Origin: Patescibacteria group bacterium
GTDB lineage: Bacteria > Patescibacteriota > Minisyncoccia > Phycocordibacterales > Phycocordibacteraceae
DNA: 64,000 nt
Assembly (NCBI GenBank): GCA_018970425.1
Contig: JAGWWK010000003.1
Coordinates: 10,687-74,686 of the forward strand
Reading direction: 5' to 3'
The position numbers and the translations under genes are program-made. Positions 47,752 to 56,964 of this stretch are shown piece by piece; position 1 is the first letter of the stretch, and every line of letters starts with the position of its first letter. The notes beneath the pieces were generated by a model. The model was not told the origin of the DNA, searched no databases, and saw only the letters and a program-made list of their open reading frames with translations.

Positions 47752-48478
47752 ACGAAATGAGGAAATGTGTAAGGTCTCCCATAGATCGGTATGGCTCTCG
47801 CTCTGCAAGCGATTCTTCTAAAAGTAGAAATGTGTCAAAGTCAGGGTCAGGGGCAATGTCGTAGAGCGTACGCACGCCACCATGAAAAAGTACTCGCGCT
47901 CCAGAACGATCTATTTGTATACGTACTTCAGATGGATCAAACAGATACAGTGTCTCGTCTGGGTATGAGGCACTGCGGACCCGTCGCTCAGTGAGTGAGG
48001 GGAGTGGTTGTCCGTGCGCACATGCATCTATCAGATATCCATGCAGTGACCCAACGACGAGCGAGAGTGTTCCGCGCTGGGCGCGGACCCATGAAAGGAG
48101 CTGTGAAAGCGTTTCTTCTGCGTGCGTATGCCAGTTCAGTACCGCGTGACAGAGTACAAGGTCGCCGGGCGCAAGGTGTACATGCTCAAGCACGTCATTA
48201 ATTGAATACTGAAAAATTGCGTGCGGTACATCGTGCAGAGTATGTGCTGCGCGATGACGCATGTCTTCAGACGGATCATATCCGTGCACTGAGCAATTCC
48301 ATGTCCGTGCCAATATGTGAGCTACTCGTGCTTCTCCGCAGCCGATATCGACAATACGCTTTGGGGTAGGCGTGCACTCACGGATGAGTGCACGCGATAT
48401 AAGCGACTCGCGGAGAGCGCCGTGTGGTGTATGTGTCACCGTACGCGCAAATGCACTACCCTGAGTGAACGGGTTCAT
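47744..48478 (-). CDS. class I SAM-dependent methyltransferase (Tam/trans-aconitate-methyltransferase-like)
   Basis: Motif I 'IVDIGCGEARVAHIL' and post-motif II 'LVLCHAVLNWHTHAEE'. ATGA-type overlaps with both neighbours. Confidence 0.6.
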   Translation of the reverse strand: MNPFTQGSAFARTVTHTPHGALRESLISRALIRECTPTPKRIVDIGCGEARVAHILARTWNCSVHGYDPSEDMRHRAAHTLHDVPHAIFQYSINDVLEHVHLAPGDLVLCHAVLNWHTHAEETLSQLLSWVRAQRGTLSLVVGSLHGYLIDACAHGQPLPSLTERRVRSASYPDETLYLFDPSEVRIQIDRSGARVLFHGGVRTLYDIAPDPDFDTFLLLEESLAEREPYRSMGDLTHFLISYA

Positions 48479-48852
48479 ATGCGAAGGAGTGTCAGTGGGA
48501 TAGTGCACGGTGGCGTGGTGTAGTTGTGTCGCGTCGATTTTCTCGGAAAGAGCGTGCCCATTTTGGCGCATGTCATGACACGTTCTTTAGAAACTGGAAT
48601 TGTACGCCGCGCTGTCACTGTAATCGCATCATCAGAAAGGTACGCAACTTCGTGACAGGGTACCTGACCTAAATTGAGGAGTAGTGCGGCTTTGTGCCGA
48701 TGATGGCCGTCGAGTATGGTACGTGACTCAGCGTCTATAAGAATAGGGTGGTCGAACGCACCTGTTCGTAGGAATTGAATGGCGATCTGTAACACTCGTA
48801 GCCATGAGACGCGCTCATGAGGCTTGAGTGACTGTGGTGGATGCAGGGTCAT
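48475..48852 (-). CDS. stand-alone ParB/sulfiredoxin-like (ParBc) domain protein
   Basis: 'HPILIDAESRTILDGHHRHKAALLL' is the ParB N-terminal-domain (DGxHR) motif. There is no HTH or dimerisation region. About 125 aa from the internal ATG at 48852. Confidence 0.5.
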   Translation of the reverse strand: MTLHPPQSLKPHERVSWLRVLQIAIQFLRTGAFDHPILIDAESRTILDGHHRHKAALLLNLGQVPCHEVAYLSDDAITVTARRTIPVSKERVMTCAKMGTLFPRKSTRHNYTTPPCTIPLTLLRI

Positions 48853-48853
48853 A

Positions 48854-49819
48854 TTATCCTTCTTCAATTTGATGCGTGAGATCACCGAGGCGCTCAGCGA
48901 TATATGTCTGCGCCACGTAGGTACGATGAAGTGCGTGCAGGCGCTCTGTTCGGGTCTCGTGTGCACGCGATGCTCGAGCGCGTGTAGCGAGATCCTCGAG
49001 CAGTCTCATATTTTCTGGTAATAGCGCACTACTTTGAAGTGGGGAGCCGCTTCGGTCAGATGCACGGACCGCGGGATCTTCACGAATGTACCCCAGTAGA
49101 TTGGCATCAGAAATGGATTGCTTCAGTAGCGCTACATCCTCGTCACTGCGTACTTTATTACCGAGAACGCACACATATTCCGCTACGCCGGCGCTTTGTG
49201 CGAGCGCGTAGTACTGAGTCCAGACGCCAATGCTACGCTGCGTTGGTTCTACGATGAGTGCGAGTATGTCGAACTGTGCATGCAATGTGTTCGAAAACGC
49301 GTCGACACCGGCGACCATGTCTGCAATAACCCACCCGTCGCGATCATCTATATGTGACAGAATATTTTCGAGTATTGCGAGGTTGTTGTGGTAACACGAT
49401 GCGCCTATGGACTCTTCTTCGTACGACCCTACAACGCCTACTTTCAAGTATTGCGTCCCGGTGAGGTATGGAAGAAGTAGTGTGGGATCAGTGCTCGTGA
49501 TTCGAGGCGATGTGCGTGTTGGTGGCGTCGACTTCACAAAATGTTTCAGAGACTCAATGCGTGGATTGGTAGCCATGAGTGCAGAGCGGATGGCAGTGGC
49601 AGTAGCGGCATGCGAGAGGTGCATGGTTGGTTCTGGAGCAGGAATGCCGAGCAGGGCAGGAAGGTGCATATTTATGTCAGCATCAAATGCCAGCACAGAC
49701 TCTGTACGGAGTATCCGCGAGTGCGCAAAAAGTGCTGCTATGGTGGACTTACCGCTCCCTCCTTTGCCTACAAATGCGACTCGCATAGTAACAGCTATGA
49801 TATCGCGAATAATTCGCAA
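48854..49819 (-). CDS. CooC/MinD-family P-loop ATPase
   Basis: Deviant Walker A 'AFVGKGGSGKSTIAA' and 'VLAFDADINMHLPALLG' (CooC-type 'DADPN.NL'). Walker B hydrophobic strand 'GWVIADMVAGVD'. Confidence 0.6.
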   Translation of the reverse strand: MRIIRDIIAVTMRVAFVGKGGSGKSTIAALFAHSRILRTESVLAFDADINMHLPALLGIPAPEPTMHLSHAATATAIRSALMATNPRIESLKHFVKSTPPTRTSPRITSTDPTLLLPYLTGTQYLKVGVVGSYEEESIGASCYHNNLAILENILSHIDDRDGWVIADMVAGVDAFSNTLHAQFDILALIVEPTQRSIGVWTQYYALAQSAGVAEYVCVLGNKVRSDEDVALLKQSISDANLLGYIREDPAVRASDRSGSPLQSSALLPENMRLLEDLATRARASRAHETRTERLHALHRTYVAQTYIAERLGDLTHQIEEG

Positions 49820-49846
49820 TTGTCAAAGATATCTCTCAGTGATTAA

Positions 49847-50230
49847 ATGCAATCACTGAGTATGCGGCGGCGCACATCTGAGAGAGATGCAATACTGCGA
49901 GTTTTGCAAGAGGCAGAGCGACCACTGACGCCAGCGGGAGTATCTGATTCTGTTGGTCGTACCGCGCATGTGGCCACGGTCTATCGCGCACTTGATGATT
50001 TGGTCGACACTGGCCTTGTGCGAAAAGTAGCGTTAGGTGGCAGAGCTACGTACTATGAGCTTGCGCGTAGCCATCATCATCACATTATCTGCACTCGGTG
50101 TGGCGATATAGAGGACATCCATGAAGAGCCGAAGAAGTTAGACGGGAATGCGCTCAAACAGTCAAAAAAATTCAGCACTATCACATCACATGCTCTCGAA
50201 TTTTTCGGAGTGTGCAAGAATTGCGTCTAG
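49847..50230 (+). CDS. Fur-family metalloregulator (Zur/Fur-like)
   Basis: 'VYRALDDLVDTGLV' winged-helix region. Metal site 'HHHHIICTRCGDIEDI' and C-terminal 'CKNC'. Confidence 0.75.
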   Translation: MQSLSMRRRTSERDAILRVLQEAERPLTPAGVSDSVGRTAHVATVYRALDDLVDTGLVRKVALGGRATYYELARSHHHHIICTRCGDIEDIHEEPKKLDGNALKQSKKFSTITSHALEFFGVCKNCV

Positions 50231-51021
50231 TGCGATTCAAGAAGGGTGAGACTGAGCATAATACCCACGCCTACTAAAAAGGCGAATACTGCAGTGATAG
50301 ATGATGCGACACCCTCACTTTTATGCAGTTCAGGAATTAAGTCAGCTGCAGCGAGGTAGATGAATGCGCCTGCGGTCACTGCGCCTGCGTACGCAGCAAA
50401 GAGTGGAACATCGCTCCCAATGTAGAGCACGAATCCTGCGCCGAGGAGAGCAGTAAGTCCCGATAGAAAATTCCAAAGAAGTGCGGCCCGGCGAGAATAG
50501 CCTGCGTGAATGAGGAGTGCGTAGTCTGCGATTTCTTGCGGTATTTCGTGAAGAAATACGGCAACGGTGGTAGCGACACCGAGTGAAGGTGAGAGCAGGA
50601 AGCTTGCTGCAATGACGGCGCCATCAATCATATTATGAATTCCGTCAGCGACGAGTACGAGTGGGGCAACATGCGCGTGTGAAGGCCCGGACTCAAACTT
50701 TTCATGACCGCTATGCTCGGTTTCCGGGCCGTGGTGCGCGTGGTGCCAGCGTAGGTATCGTTCGAGAATAAAGAAGCTCGAGACACCAGCAAGAGCCGCA
50801 ACTCCGAAGAGGAACCCGTCACCAATGACTTCGAGTGACTCGGGAATCAAGTGTACGAATGCATCCGCAAGAAGCGCACCTGCCGCGAGCGCAACGAGTA
50901 TGCGGACGATGCTTCCTAAGCGCGTGGCATTGAGTGCAAGAGCGGCAACGCCAATAAGTGACACCAGAGAGACCACAAATACCGCAAGCAATGCGAAAAA
51001 GGTAGTTTCCATAGCTCGCAT
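50227..51021 (-). CDS. ZIP-family divalent metal (zinc) transporter
   Basis: 'GIHNMIDGAVIAASF' and 'AVFLHEIPQEIADYALL' (ZIP 'HE.PqE.gDfavL') motifs. Eight TM helices. Convergently overlaps the Fur-family gene by 4 nt. Confidence 0.75.
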   Translation of the reverse strand: MRAMETTFFALLAVFVVSLVSLIGVAALALNATRLGSIVRILVALAAGALLADAFVHLIPESLEVIGDGFLFGVAALAGVSSFFILERYLRWHHAHHGPETEHSGHEKFESGPSHAHVAPLVLVADGIHNMIDGAVIAASFLLSPSLGVATTVAVFLHEIPQEIADYALLIHAGYSRRAALLWNFLSGLTALLGAGFVLYIGSDVPLFAAYAGAVTAGAFIYLAAADLIPELHKSEGVASSITAVFAFLVGVGIMLSLTLLESH

Positions 51022-51035
51022 GCTAGCATGCGAGC

Positions 51036-52106
51036 ATGCGAATTATGGTTCTTGCCTTTCTCGCGCTCTTCCCATTTTCAGTCGCGTATGCGGAGGAGGC
51101 AATTATGCGTGCCACAGTGCTTGAGGTTCGGTCGGAGCGGACTGAGTCACTGCCTGGTATGTATGGAACGCAACAGATTCAAGAGATTGCAGTTGAGCTC
51201 TCTGATGGTTCGCGGGTACTGATTGTAAATGACCGTGTCCCGCTACGGGCGGGGGACCAGTTTTATGCACTGAAAGCAGATAGTGCCGATGGGAGTGTTG
51301 TAACGGTACATGACGTGGATCGTTTGCCAGTGCTTGCTGCGGCCGTGGCGCTGTTTGCTCTCGCGACACTCGTCGTTGGGTGGTGGGTAGGCGCGCGAGC
51401 GCTCATATCGCTCGGTATATCCATAGTCTTTATTCTGTATGTCCTTATTCCGTTACTTGGAGCTGGGTACCCGCCAATTCTTGTGTGCGGCATTGGTGCT
51501 GCCTGTATTTTGGCGATTGCAATGGTGGTAACGCACGGCATGCGCCCGGGGGTGCTCGCGGCATATATAGCCGCGGTCGGTGCAGTATTCATTGCGATTG
51601 GACTTGCAGAAGTATTCGTGGCCGCGGCGCACTTGACCGGTTTTTCAGACTCTGCGGCGGCTATGGTGAGTATCTCGATCGACGGCATCAATATGCAGGG
51701 CCTCCTGCTCGGTGCGATGATTATCGGAGTCTTAGGTATTGTGGACGATCTTGCGGTAACACAAGTCGCGACTGTAGCAGAGCTTGAATCTTCGGGGATT
51801 ACTGGCGGAGCGGAGCTCTATGCACGCGCGATGCATGTGGGGCGCGAGCACTTAGGCGCTGTTGTGAATACACTTGTACTCGCGTACGCAGGAGCATCGC
51901 TCCCGCTTCTCATGCTCTTTGCGTATGCTCCTGCGCCGAGCATGGTGCTCATCAATAGTGAGGTCATTGCGCTTGAAATCGTGCGCGCGGCGGTTGGTGG
52001 CGTGGCTCTCGCTCTTGTGATTCCGGCCGCTACCGCACTCGCGGTATACCTCCTGCGTCGTGGTATTCGGCTTGATACAAGGCACGGGTCTCACGTGGTA
52101 CACTGA
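51036..52106 (+). CDS. YibE/F-like polytopic membrane protein
   Basis: Soluble N-terminal domain of about 90 aa with a signal, then 7-8 TM helices. Family assignment is by architecture only. Confidence 0.4.
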   Translation: MRIMVLAFLALFPFSVAYAEEAIMRATVLEVRSERTESLPGMYGTQQIQEIAVELSDGSRVLIVNDRVPLRAGDQFYALKADSADGSVVTVHDVDRLPVLAAAVALFALATLVVGWWVGARALISLGISIVFILYVLIPLLGAGYPPILVCGIGAACILAIAMVVTHGMRPGVLAAYIAAVGAVFIAIGLAEVFVAAAHLTGFSDSAAAMVSISIDGINMQGLLLGAMIIGVLGIVDDLAVTQVATVAELESSGITGGAELYARAMHVGREHLGAVVNTLVLAYAGASLPLLMLFAYAPAPSMVLINSEVIALEIVRAAVGGVALALVIPAATALAVYLLRRGIRLDTRHGSHVVH

Positions 52107-52142
52107 CGGCATTATTTAGTAGATTGTCATAGACACCTACCT

Positions 52143-52934
52143 ATGGACCCACAGCACGGATCGTTGTTTACCTCGAAGCGCATAGAGCGCCTTGCTGCAC
52201 TTTTTCTCATTGCAGCTACCGCGTTCGTAACCATTATCGCGATTGATCGGCTCACGGACCTGTTCGATGCGGGTCCGGCAGCAACAACGGTTATTACTGT
52301 TGAGGGTACTGGTACTGCCGCTGCGGTACCGAATATCGCTATGATTTCGTTTACAGTTCTCGGAGAGGGTAAGACTGCGTCGCTCGCGCAGGACGAGGCG
52401 ACAAAGAAAAACAATGTCGCACTTGCACTTCTCGCCCAAAAAGGAGTTGAAGAGAAGGATATAAAAACGACATCATATAATCTTTCGCCTAAGTACTCAT
52501 TCCCACAACCATGCTACGCCCCGCCGTGTATCTATGATGAGCAGCGACTTGTCGGGTACGAAGTTCGGCAGACTACTGAAGTAAAAGTACGTGACCTCGC
52601 ACAAGTGGGGGAATTGCTCTCAATGCTCGGAGATTCTGGCGCGAGTGAGCTGTACGGGCCTAATTTCACTGTCGAGGATGAGGACGCGGTCCGAGCTGAA
52701 GCGCGTAAAGAGGCAATAACTGAGGCGCGGGCAAAGGCAAAACTGCTTGCGCGCGACCTCGGCGTACGCCTCGTTCGCGTGGTGTCATTCAATGAAAATG
52801 CTGGGCCATACCCGATGCCATTCTACGGACGTGGCGGTCTTATGATGAATGAGGCTGTGAAAGCAACACCGGACGTAGCTCCAGGGGAGAATGAGTTTTC
52901 TTCGACGGTATCTATTACGTACGAGATCCGCTAG
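52143..52934 (+). CDS. SIMPL/DUF541-domain protein
   Basis: 'ITVEGTGTAAAVPNIAMISFTV', 'VGYEVRQTTEVKVRDLAQVGELL', 'EAITEARAKAKLLARDLG' and an N-terminal anchor match the SIMPL domain layout. Confidence 0.65.
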   Translation: MDPQHGSLFTSKRIERLAALFLIAATAFVTIIAIDRLTDLFDAGPAATTVITVEGTGTAAAVPNIAMISFTVLGEGKTASLAQDEATKKNNVALALLAQKGVEEKDIKTTSYNLSPKYSFPQPCYAPPCIYDEQRLVGYEVRQTTEVKVRDLAQVGELLSMLGDSGASELYGPNFTVEDEDAVRAEARKEAITEARAKAKLLARDLGVRLVRVVSFNENAGPYPMPFYGRGGLMMNEAVKATPDVAPGENEFSSTVSITYEIR

Positions 52935-52970
52935 GAATTGACAGTTAGTACTGCACCAGGTACTATAAAA

Positions 52971-52993
52971 GAAGCCCGAGCAGGGCTTTTTTT
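52971..52993. terminator. rho-independent terminator after the SIMPL gene
   Basis: 'aagcccgagcagggcttttttt'. Confidence 0.6.
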
Positions 52994-53022
52994 ATAGGAG
53001 CTTTGAGCGGTACAATCCAATT

Positions 53023-53202
53023 ATGAACGCATTCATTCAGTACTTGCGCGATGTCAGAGCTGAGCTCACGCATGTATCGTGGCCAACATCAGCTCAGGCG
53101 ATCGGCTTTACCGGTCTGGTGATCATCATTGTCATTATTGTAGCCGTGGTGCTCGGAGCAGTCGACGCACTTTTAACCATCGGTATTGAATCAATACTCT
53201 AA
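53023..53202 (+). CDS. secE: preprotein translocase subunit SecE (not present in the ORF track)
   Basis: 'MNAFIQYLRDVRAELTHVSWPTSAQAIGFTGLVIIIVIIVAVVLGAVDALLTIGIESIL' has a single TM. 'E..KV.WP' region, immediately upstream of nusG. Confidence 0.8.
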   Translation: MNAFIQYLRDVRAELTHVSWPTSAQAIGFTGLVIIIVIIVAVVLGAVDALLTIGIESIL

Positions 53203-53206
53203 GCGT

Positions 53207-53749
53207 ATGGCAACACACGAAGTAGTCGGTAGAGCCTGGTACGCCGTGCATACGTATTCGGGGTATGAAAATGCAGTTTTGCGCAATCTAAAGCAGCGCA
53301 TCGAGTCCCTCGGCATGCAAAATAAGATTTTTAATGTCATCGTACCCACCGAGAAAAAGATCAAAGTCGTCGGCGGTAAACGACAGTCAGTCGAAGACAA
53401 GATTTATCCCGGGTATATTCTCGTAGACATGATTGTGGACGAAGAGTCGTGGTTTGTCGTCCGCAATACTCCGCGAGTGACTGGATTCGTAGGAAGTGGT
53501 GTTACTCCTGTTCCGCTCTCTAAAGAAGAGATAGACTCGCTCTTCAAGCGTATGTCGAACGATGTCGCAAAGCACAAGATTGACTTTACGGTCGGCGAGC
53601 CAGTCATAGTGACTGACGGGCCGTTTAAGGATCTTGAAGGCAAGGTGGGCGAGATCGATGAGGAGAAGGGTAAGATAAAGGTTCTCGTGTCTATGTTCGG
53701 GCGCGAAACGCCGGTTGAACTCGACTTTTTGCAAATTAGGAGAATTTGA
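53207..53749 (+). CDS. nusG: transcription termination/antitermination factor NusG
   Basis: NGN 'WYAVHTYSGYENAV' and KOW 'GEPVIVTDGPFKDLEGKVGEID'. Confidence 0.9.
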   Translation: MATHEVVGRAWYAVHTYSGYENAVLRNLKQRIESLGMQNKIFNVIVPTEKKIKVVGGKRQSVEDKIYPGYILVDMIVDEESWFVVRNTPRVTGFVGSGVTPVPLSKEEIDSLFKRMSNDVAKHKIDFTVGEPVIVTDGPFKDLEGKVGEIDEEKGKIKVLVSMFGRETPVELDFLQIRRI

Positions 53750-53768
53750 GTAGAATAACCTCACATCT

Positions 53769-54188
53769 ATGGCAAAAGTAGTAAAGAAAATTAAGTTGCA
53801 GATTGCTGGAGGAGCGGCAACTCCTGCGCCTCCAGTCGGTACCGCTCTCGGTCCTGCGGGCGTAAACATCGCGCAGTTCGTGAAAGAATTTAACGACCGC
53901 ACGAAGGAGATGCGCGGTGACATTATTCCAGTTGAGCTCTCGGTGATGGATGACCGCTCGTTCACCTTCGTACTCAAGGTTTCTCCTGCATCACGCCTCA
54001 TCTTAAAAGCTATTGGTCTTGAAAAGGGCTCGGGGAAGGTGGGTACTGTAAAGGCAGGGAAAATAACCAAGGCGCAGGTAGCGGAAGTAGCGGCAAAGAA
54101 AATGCCGGACCTCAATACGTCTGATCAGGCACAGGCTGAAAAGATTATCGCTGGCACCGCAAGGAGCATGGGGATAGATATTGTTTAA
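53769..54188 (+). CDS. rplK: 50S ribosomal protein L11
   Basis: '[34 protein letters not shown]' is canonical L11. No rplA follows. Confidence 0.9.
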   Translation: MAKVVKKIKLQIAGGAATPAPPVGTALGPAGVNIAQFVKEFNDRTKEMRGDIIPVELSVMDDRSFTFVLKVSPASRLILKAIGLEKGSGKVGTVKAGKITKAQVAEVAAKKMPDLNTSDQAQAEKIIAGTARSMGIDIV

Positions 54189-54201
54189 GAAAATTCTTTA
54201 A

Positions 54202-54226
54202 ACCGCCCGAATGGGCGGTTTTTTGT
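54202..54226. terminator. rho-independent terminator after rplK
   Basis: 'accgcccgaatgggcggttttttgt'. Confidence 0.7.
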
Positions 54227-54244
54227 GTGCGCTAGACTGGGCAT

Positions 54245-54808
54245 ATGAAAGTGTCGCTCGTGAATAATGGGAAGAAAGAGCCAGAAAAACTACGCTCACT
54301 TTTGAGTGAGCACCAGGTTACGCTCTATGACGCTACGCAGGCATCGAACGTAGAAGATTCAGACCTCATAGTTCTCTCTGGCTCAAGCAGGTTTCCGATC
54401 ATGGGGAATGAAGATGAGCTCGAGCCAGAGTACTCGCTCGTGTTAAATGCTCGTGTTCCAATCATCGGTATCTGCTACGGCGCAGAGCTCATCGCACGAG
54501 CGTTCGGTGGTACACTCGTAGATCTTGGAGAAGGGAACAAGGAGCGAGACTTAGTTGATGTAGAAGTTGTAGTGCCTCACCCTATGTTCGGAGGGCGTAC
54601 CCATTTTCAGGCGTATGACGCGCACCGCTGGACGGTCGAGGCACTCCCACACACGCTCGAGCTTCTTGCTCGATCAAAGCATGGGCCAGAAGTGTTTCGA
54701 CACCGTATACGTCCTGTTGTTGGATTTCAGTTTCATCCAGAAAAGATGGTCGATGAGTCGTACGGCGACGAGGTGTTCAGAGCAGTACTTGCTCACTACG
54801 CTCACTAG
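54245..54808 (+). CDS. stand-alone class I glutamine amidotransferase-like protein
   Basis: Catalytic triad context 'VPIIGICYGAELIA' (Cys) and 'GFQFHPE' (His/Glu). Confidence 0.65.
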   Translation: MKVSLVNNGKKEPEKLRSLLSEHQVTLYDATQASNVEDSDLIVLSGSSRFPIMGNEDELEPEYSLVLNARVPIIGICYGAELIARAFGGTLVDLGEGNKERDLVDVEVVVPHPMFGGRTHFQAYDAHRWTVEALPHTLELLARSKHGPEVFRHRIRPVVGFQFHPEKMVDESYGDEVFRAVLAHYAH

Positions 54809-56220
54809 CCGAGGCGTATTTCCTTGGTGAGTCCTAGTTTTTCTATGAAGTAGCGGTCGTGACTCACCACGATGAGTGTGCCGGTGAATGTAGCGAGTGT
54901 CTCTTCGAGCTCAGAGACGACCTCGAGGTCGAGGTGGTTTGTTGGTTCGTCGAGTATAAGACAGTTCGGGTTTCGTGCGACGAGCTCTGCGATGAGGAGG
55001 CGAGAGTGTTCGCCTGGGCTCAGTACCGTAAGCGGCTTATGCACGTCTTCTGCGGTTATACGGTACCGGTTTAAGAGTTTGCGCGCATCAGTTTCTTCGA
55101 TCTCAGTTTCTCTGAGGAAGTGCTGCAGTGCAGACTCGTCTGTAGCAGTGTCGTAGGCCGACTGGGGGAGGTAGCCGATGCGTACGTCCGCGCCCCGCAC
55201 AAGCATGCCTTGCACGCCGCCACTGTGGGTGCCAAGGAGGGCATTAATCAATGTCGTTTTACCTGCGCCGTTCGGACCTGAGATGTGCACGCGGTCTCCG
55301 TACTGAATCGTGGCTGTGATAGGTCCGATAGCGCGAGAGTCGTATGTGAGCGTTACATCAGTGAGCGTAAAGACATTCGTGCTCCCTCGAGGCGCATCGA
55401 GCTCGATTTTGAGAGGGAGTTCATGCACTGGTTTGTGTATCGCCTGCGCTTCTTCCGCGAATGCGTCTCGGCGATCTTTCATGATGCGTGCGCGGTGGCC
55501 AGCCTCCGCCTCTTGGTCGCGTAGTATCGCAGCCTGTGGCTTTTCCTTCTCGTGTTTTGGGAGTTTTTTTGTTCGTTTGCGTCGCGCTTCTATTTCACGC
55601 ATCCACCCGAGTCGCTGCTCAGTCTCTTTTGTGAGACGCCCGAGCTTTTCCTGAGCGTCTGCATACGCACTCCACTCTCGTGCGATTTTCTGTTCGCGCG
55701 CTTCGCGGTACTCGGTGTAGGTGCCGTTGTAGATCGTGGCAGTGTGCGTGTGTGGGTCGAGCTCAAGTATCTTTGTTACCGTACGGTCGAGGAATGCGCG
55801 GTCATGAGAGATGATGATGCACGCACTGCTGTGGTGAGATACAAACTCCTCGAGCCGCTCGAGTCCGTCAGTGTCGAGGTTGTTGGTCGGTTCGTCGAGT
55901 AAAAAGAGTGCGGCAGGTGAGCGCATGAGTGGCTCGAGTACGCGCTTTGCGCGCTCACCACCAGAGAGATCTGCTGCATCGTGCGTCTGAGGGAAGTATG
56001 CGACTGTGCTACTTTCGACCGTCACTGACCCGGCGTCTGGTGTTTCTATACCGGCGAGTATACGAAGGAGTGTACTCTTACCCGAGCCGTTCGGACCGAC
56101 GAGCCCTATCTTCTCGCCACGGTGCACAGAAAACTGCACTCCGTCGAGAACGAGGTGGTCGTACGTTTTGCTAATCCCACTGCACGAAAGGAGTGCAGTG
56201 TGTGCTGAATGTGTGTGCAT
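54805..56220 (-). CDS. ABC-F family ATPase (two tandem ABC domains, no TMD)
   Basis: Walker A 'GPNGSGKSTLLRILAG' and 'GPNGAGKTTLINAL'. Signatures 'LSGGERAKRVL' and 'LSPGEHSRLLI'. Charged inter-domain linker. Confidence 0.8.
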   Translation of the reverse strand: MHTHSAHTALLSCSGISKTYDHLVLDGVQFSVHRGEKIGLVGPNGSGKSTLLRILAGIETPDAGSVTVESSTVAYFPQTHDAADLSGGERAKRVLEPLMRSPAALFLLDEPTNNLDTDGLERLEEFVSHHSSACIIISHDRAFLDRTVTKILELDPHTHTATIYNGTYTEYREAREQKIAREWSAYADAQEKLGRLTKETEQRLGWMREIEARRKRTKKLPKHEKEKPQAAILRDQEAEAGHRARIMKDRRDAFAEEAQAIHKPVHELPLKIELDAPRGSTNVFTLTDVTLTYDSRAIGPITATIQYGDRVHISGPNGAGKTTLINALLGTHSGGVQGMLVRGADVRIGYLPQSAYDTATDESALQHFLRETEIEETDARKLLNRYRITAEDVHKPLTVLSPGEHSRLLIAELVARNPNCLILDEPTNHLDLEVVSELEETLATFTGTLIVVSHDRYFIEKLGLTKEIRLG

Positions 56221-56261
56221 AAGACAAAGTTCCGCGTCAGCGGTGAGGTACCTAGTAACGG

Positions 56262-56954
56262 TTACTTCGTCTTCATGGGAGTGTGTTTTTTGATATCGCG
56301 GTCGGCCCAGAGGCGGGGGAGCATCATCTCTGGCTTCCAGTCTTTCTTTAATTTCTTCATGTCGGTAGCGACCTGGTACTTGCCGCTTGCGGTGTAGTCC
56401 TTGCCTGCGATAGGTCCAGTTTCAAAGAACACAAGCTGTGCGATGCGGCGCCCTACGACGAGCGGAATGATGTAGTGCTGCGATGCGTTCGAGATTTCCA
56501 TCGTCCAGCGATTCACGTAGCCGACATCGCCCCAACCTGCGCATTTGCAGACATTAATAAAGTTTCTGCCGAGCGACGAGCGCGCTTTCATCATCGTCGT
56601 CACGGTCTCGCGGCCGCCAATAAACTCGTTCGTGTGTGCGAGGATGGTCTCGCCTGGCTCCAGGAGTATTACTTTGTCTTTCGGGGCGATGCCGTCAAAG
56701 GCAAAGTTGAAATTCTTAAATGCGTCTTTTGCGAGAGTGGCACGTTCCGGCTTTGCCCCCCATACTCTCTCGGTATCTTGTCGGGAGTAGACATTAAAGA
56801 CCTTCATGTGGTCTACCGGCGGTTTTTCACGATAGTACCACTCACCAATAGTCACATCGTAGCTCGATGTTGCTAGATTTTCTCGAATGAACGGTTCAAT
56901 AACAATCGTACCCGCTGCTCGGTGGTCAAGTATTTTTTTATCAGACAGTGCCAT
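56262..56954 (-). CDS. dcd: dCTP deaminase (Dcd/dUTPase-fold) family protein
   Basis: 'SSYDVTIG' (equivalent to Dcd 'aTVDvRLG') and 'KARSSLGRNFINVCKCAGWGDVGYVNRWTMEISN' (equivalent to 'GRSSLARlGl.vh.tAg.iDPGw.G...LE..N'). Confidence 0.65.
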   Translation of the reverse strand: MALSDKKILDHRAAGTIVIEPFIRENLATSSYDVTIGEWYYREKPPVDHMKVFNVYSRQDTERVWGAKPERATLAKDAFKNFNFAFDGIAPKDKVILLEPGETILAHTNEFIGGRETVTTMMKARSSLGRNFINVCKCAGWGDVGYVNRWTMEISNASQHYIIPLVVGRRIAQLVFFETGPIAGKDYTASGKYQVATDMKKLKKDWKPEMMLPRLWADRDIKKHTPMKTK

Positions 56955-56964
56955 GAATGTTTTG

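Noticed and set aside
48475-49819. ParA/ParB chromosome-partition pair
   Set aside because: The ParB-like protein is only about 125 aa and lacks HTH and dimerisation domains. The ATPase carries CooC-type 'GKGGSGKST' and 'DADIN' motifs rather than ParA 'KGGVGKTT'. Tight coupling to a methyltransferase and a CysK-rhodanese fusion argues for an enzymatic system.
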